This document shows, piece after piece, positions 57,692 through 64,000 of a stretch of DNA of 64,000 bases (positions within the stretch are counted from its first letter, which is position 1; the number at the start of each line of letters is the position of its first letter). The notes under the pieces were generated by a model. It was not told the origin of the DNA. It saw only the letters and a list, made by a program, of their open reading frames with translations, and searched no databases. The DNA lies in NCBI GenBank assembly GCA_032128115.1, contig JAQBHB010000054.1:1-64000 (forward strand), read 5' to 3'. The stretch comes from Deltaproteobacteria bacterium. GTDB taxonomy: Bacteria; Myxococcota_A; UBA9160; SMWR01. Position numbers and translations under genes: made by a program.

Positions 57692-57692
<1 letters not shown>
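57297..57692 (+). CDS. Small heat-shock protein Hsp20
   Basis: WQPDVDVFET, EI.G, GPFER, A...DGFL.VTLP. Confidence 0.92.
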
Positions 57693-60115
<2,423 letters not shown>

Positions 60116-60916
60116 CGCCATCGCCGTGGCGCTGAGCCTCGGGTTGCTGGGTCTTCCGGCCTGCGTCACCCGCGGCACCCACCTGGAGATGGTTGCGGAT
60201 CGCGATCGCCTGCTGGAACGCAGCCAGATGCTGCAGGATCGGGTGGAGCTGCTTAGCGCCTCCACCGAGAGTCTCTCCGCCGAGCGCGTGAGCCTGATCG
60301 ACGAGATGGAGGATCTGCGCAGCACCCGCGAAATACTGGAGAGCGACGTCCACAAGCTCCAGCGCACCGAGTCGATCCTCTCCGAGGCCCTGCGAACGCG
60401 CGAGGAGGAACTCGCCACCCACAAGCAGCAGATCCACGAGCTGCAAGGCACCTACAAGGGGCTGGTGGAGGATCTGGAGAAGGAGCTCTCCGAGGGCTAC
60501 CTGGAGATCGAGGAGCTGCGCGAGGGGATCCGCCTCAACCTTACCCAGGACGTGCTGTTCGCCTCGGGCTCGGCCGAGGTGGGGGACGCGGGCATTGCGG
60601 TGCTGCGCAAGGTGGCCGCTCGGATCGAGTCGGTTGCCTACCGGGTGGAGGTGCAGGGGCACACCGACAGCGTTCCCGTGAGCGGAAGGCTTGCCACCCG
60701 GTTCGCTTCGAACTGGGAGCTGGCGGGTGCCCGGGCCAGCCGCGTGGTGCGGGTGCTTGCCGATGCGGGCATCGCCCCCGCGCGAATGACGGCGGTGTCC
60801 TTCGGCGAGTTCAGACCCGTGGATTCCAACGACACCAACGCCGGCCGCGCCCGGAACCGACGCATCGAGATCCGCCTGATTCCCGTGCCACCCGAAGCAG
60901 CGCCCGAAGCCGCTTC

Positions 60917-62230
60917 GTGACTCCGCCCGGCGGGGTGCGCGTCCGCCTCGAGGGCATCTATGGGCGGGCGTTGGCCGCGGTGGACGCCGCCGCGGCGTTG
61001 CGCCGCGCAGTCGTTCGCCACGGCGACGATCTCTCGATCGCGGGTGAACCCGTAGGCGGGGCTCGACTGGTGGTCCTGGCGGCGGGCAAGGCGGCGGCGG
61101 CGATGGCCGCGGAGCTCGAGCGCATCGCGGGCGATCGCATCGCGGCCGGCCTGGCCATCACCGTGAACGGCCACGGCGCCGACCTGTCGCGCATGACCCT
61201 GCGCGAGGCGGCGCACCCGGTACCGGACGCGCGCGGAGCGCGAGCCGCGGAGGAGGCCCTGACGCTGGTGGCCTCGGCGACCGGTGACGATCTCCTGCTG
61301 GTGTTGCTGTCGGGCGGCGCGTCGAGCCTGCTCACGTGTCCCGCTTCCGGTCTGTCGCTGCGTGACGTGGCCGACACCACGCGGGCCCTGCTGGAGGGCG
61401 GTGTCGAGATCGAGGAGCTGAACGCGGTGCGAAAACACCTGAGCCGGGTGGCGGGCGGCCGTCTGGCCCGCTGCAGCGGGGCCAGGAGGCTCGAGGTGCT
61501 GGCCATCTCCGACGTGCCCGGCGATCGCCTGGACGTGATCGGTTCGGGTCCGTTTGCGCCCGACCCCACCACCTACCGCGACGCACTGGCGGTGGTCGAT
61601 CGATCCGGCGTTCGCGAGCGGGTGCCGGACGGGGTGCGTTCGCACCTCGCGGCCGGCGTGCGGGGCGAGTTGGACGAGACCCCGAAACCGGGCGATCCCG
61701 CCTTCGCCGGGGTGCGCACGACGCTGCTGGCGAGCAACCAGACGGCGCTGGACGCCGCCCGGCTGGCGGCACAGGAGGGCGGTCTCGAAGCGCGCGTCCT
61801 CGCGGGGGAGCTGCACGGGGAGGCCCGGCACGCAGGGCGTCGGTTGGTGGCCCGGGCTCGGGCAGTGGCTGGCGATCGTCCGGTCTGCCTGGTGGCAGGC
61901 GGCGAGACGGCGGTGAACGTGCGCGGATCGGGCCGCGGCGGCCGCAGTCAGGAGCTGGCGCTGGCGGCCGCTCTGGAGCTGGCCGGGCGCGACGACGTGG
62001 CGCTACTGGCTGCGGGCACCGATGGCAGCGACGGGCCCACCGATGCGGCAGGCGCCTTCGCCGACGGAGGCACCGTGGCGCGCGGCCTGGCCCGCGGGGT
62101 CGTGGCGAGCCGAGCACTCGACGACAACGACTCCCACACCTTCTTCGCTGCCGAAGGGGGCGTGTTCCGCACGGGGCCCACGCTCACCAACGTGATGGAC
62201 CTGGCGCTCGTGTATGTCGAGCGGAGCTAG
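60917..62230 (+). CDS. Glycerate 2-kinase (MOFRL/TtuD family)
   Basis: AGKAA, HPVPD, LSGGASSL, ISDVPGD, GGET, GGRSQE, GTDGSDG, TNV.D. Confidence 0.92.
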   Translation: MTPPGGVRVRLEGIYGRALAAVDAAAALRRAVVRHGDDLSIAGEPVGGARLVVLAAGKAAAAMAAELERIAGDRIAAGLAITVNGHGADLSRMTLREAAHPVPDARGARAAEEALTLVASATGDDLLLVLLSGGASSLLTCPASGLSLRDVADTTRALLEGGVEIEELNAVRKHLSRVAGGRLARCSGARRLEVLAISDVPGDRLDVIGSGPFAPDPTTYRDALAVVDRSGVRERVPDGVRSHLAAGVRGELDETPKPGDPAFAGVRTTLLASNQTALDAARLAAQEGGLEARVLAGELHGEARHAGRRLVARARAVAGDRPVCLVAGGETAVNVRGSGRGGRSQELALAAALELAGRDDVALLAAGTDGSDGPTDAAGAFADGGTVARGLARGVVASRALDDNDSHTFFAAEGGVFRTGPTLTNVMDLALVYVERS

Positions 62231-62231
62231 C

Positions 62232-63605
62232 GTGAATCACCCTCCCGGACCATCGCCGGGCGCGCTGGGGTGGCGGGCTGCGGTTCTGTTGTCCCTGATC
62301 GTGCAGGCCGTGGTGCTCTACGCGCGGATCTGGCTCGGGCGCCGCGGGATCTTCGCGCTCTCCGAGGAGCAGCTCACCCGGCGAGCCAAGCACTTCGCCC
62401 GCCGCTTCGTCGCCGCGGCCATGCGCTTCCGGGGCGGTCTGATCAAGCTGGGGCAGGTGGCGAGCCTGCGCGTCGACGTGATGCCGCCGGAGGTCACCGA
62501 CGAGCTCGCCCGACTCCAGGATCGGGTGGAACCCCACGCGTTCAGCGAAATCGTTGCGCGTGTGGAGCGGGAGCTGGGGGCTTCGATCGGGGAGCGCTTC
62601 GCAGCCTTCGATCCCGAGCCGCTGGCTGCCGCCAGCCTGGGCCAGGTGCACCGGGCGCGCCACGAGGACGGGCGCGAGTTGGCGGTCAAGGTGCTGTACC
62701 CGGGGATCGAGCGGTCGGTGGCCGTGGACCTGGCCATGACGAAGCTCGCCCTGTGGTTGTTCGACTTCATCAGCGTTGCGGATCTGACCCAGGTCTACCG
62801 GGAGCTGCGGGACACGCTCCGAGGCGAGATGGACTATCTGCAGGAGGGGCGGGCCGCGGAGGAGGTGGCCCACAACCTGGGGCGCGATCCGGAGCTGGCC
62901 GCGCGCATTCGCGTGCCGAAGATCGCGTGGGAGCTGACCACCCGCTGCGTGCTCAGCATGGAGTTCCTGGAGGGGGTCAAGATCAACGACACCGCCGCGC
63001 TCGAGGCCCAGGAGACTCCGGTGACCGATCGCGTGCTGTGGGTTTCGCGCGCCTTCCTGCACATGATGTTCCGCGACGGCTTCTTCCACTGTGATCCCCA
63101 CCCGGGCAACCTTCTGGTGGGCCCGGACGGGCGCATCGGGATCGTGGATTTCGGCATGCACCGGCGCCTCGAGCCCCGGATCCTGGCGGCCTTTCGCAAG
63201 AACGTGATGGCCTCGCTGCTGCGCAATGCGGACCTGTACGCCGAGTCGCTGCTGGACGCGGACATCGTCGACCGCGCAGACGTCCCCGCCGTGAAGGCGC
63301 TGGCCGAGATGAGTTTCGACCCCGCCTACTACAACCTGACGCCCCAGGAGATGGCCAACCTGGACTTCGGTGAGTATTTCCGGCGCATGCGCCGGGAGAT
63401 GAAGCGGATTCGGAGCTTTCGCCTTCCCGACGGGCTGGTCATGTGGTCGCGGGCGCTGTCGCTTCTATATGCCCTGGTGGTGGAGCTCGCGCCGGGGATG
63501 CGCCCGCTGGACGTTCTGGGGCCGTACGCGGCCGAGTTCCTGCAGCCTGGGGTCCAGCCGGCGCCGGTGAATCCCGACGTGTCGCACCCGTCAAAGACCG
63601 TGTAG
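62232..63605 (+). CDS. ABC1/UbiB (AarF) family atypical kinase
   Basis: IKLGQ, LQD, AAASLGQVH, AVKV..P, EMDY..E, FHCDPHPGN, DFG. Confidence 0.93.
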   Translation: MNHPPGPSPGALGWRAAVLLSLIVQAVVLYARIWLGRRGIFALSEEQLTRRAKHFARRFVAAAMRFRGGLIKLGQVASLRVDVMPPEVTDELARLQDRVEPHAFSEIVARVERELGASIGERFAAFDPEPLAAASLGQVHRARHEDGRELAVKVLYPGIERSVAVDLAMTKLALWLFDFISVADLTQVYRELRDTLRGEMDYLQEGRAAEEVAHNLGRDPELAARIRVPKIAWELTTRCVLSMEFLEGVKINDTAALEAQETPVTDRVLWVSRAFLHMMFRDGFFHCDPHPGNLLVGPDGRIGIVDFGMHRRLEPRILAAFRKNVMASLLRNADLYAESLLDADIVDRADVPAVKALAEMSFDPAYYNLTPQEMANLDFGEYFRRMRREMKRIRSFRLPDGLVMWSRALSLLYALVVELAPGMRPLDVLGPYAAEFLQPGVQPAPVNPDVSHPSKTV

Positions 63606-63710
63606 CCTGTGTGCCCGCACGCCCCCGGTGGGCGGTTCGCGGGAGGATGGGGAAAGCCCCCCGGTGCCACCGGTGCGGGTTCAGGAATCTTGGAGGAGGG
63701 AGAAAAGGCC

Positions 63711-64000
63711 ATGAAGACGGAAGCCACACGAACACTCATCATCGCGATTGCGATTGCGCTGACGCTCTCGCTGGTCGGCGCCACGGCGGCGATCGCGCAG
63801 GACAAGGGCAAGAGCACCCAGACCGAGGCCGAGTGGATCAAGTTCGACCCCGCGGCAAAGACGGTGACGGTCAAGGTGACGAAGCCCGGACGGGGCGACG
63901 ACTCCAAGCGCCTCCAGAAGAACAAGGAAGCCACCTTCAACGTGAAGCCCGAAGGGTCGGTGCTCACCCGCACCACGGTCTCGATCAACGGCCAGAAGGC
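63711..64000 (+). CDS. Secreted hypothetical protein (partial, runs off window end)
   Basis: Purine-rich SD (GGAGG/GGAGA); signal peptide ending AIA-Q; Lys/Thr-rich beta strands. Confidence 0.75.
   Translation, partial: MKTEATRTLIIAIAIALTLSLVGATAAIAQDKGKSTQTEAEWIKFDPAAKTVTVKVTKPGRGDDSKRLQKNKEATFNVKPEGSVLTRTTVSINGQK

Overview
High-GC (~70% by eye) bacterial chromosome segment. The gene content (PilA-like pilin, deltaproteobacterial-type T2SS with PilM-like GspL, MerR-TPR protein, HAMP membrane protein) suggests Myxococcota or a related 'deltaproteobacterial' lineage; this is inference. Most of the window is core genome. From left to right: the left end of an IS30-family element interrupting a greB-like remnant; tRNA-Ala(GGC), tRNA-Leu(CAA) and tRNA-Sec (selC); moeB, SCP2-uvrA and hpf; a long minus-strand run maf-yggS-proC-divIVA-fmdB-folD-gcvTH-gcvPA-gcvPB-M48 protease; mlaEFD; a PilZ protein; amt with a sigma-54 promoter and two enhancer-like sites; a split membrane/spermidine-synthase-like pair; a pilin operon; a rubrerythrin/Fe-S oxidoreductase/DUF3501 cluster; fumC, a CoA-transferase, DoxX and a sulfatase; a complete gspC-N T2SS operon running into arsR-methyltransferase/HAD/tldD/pmbA/MBL; and dnaK-hsp20-lon-motB-like-glycerate kinase-ABC1 kinase. 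The most notable observations are a T2SS secretin with a C-terminal SPOR-like peptidoglycan-binding domain, a DUF3501 protein fused to a degenerate HIT-like domain, repeated short tandem duplications at gene ends and around gspC, several apparently leaderless transcripts (including selC), and a probable CTG start for uvrA. No CRISPR array, rRNA or selenoprotein was seen. All calls come from motif recognition by eye, without database searches.
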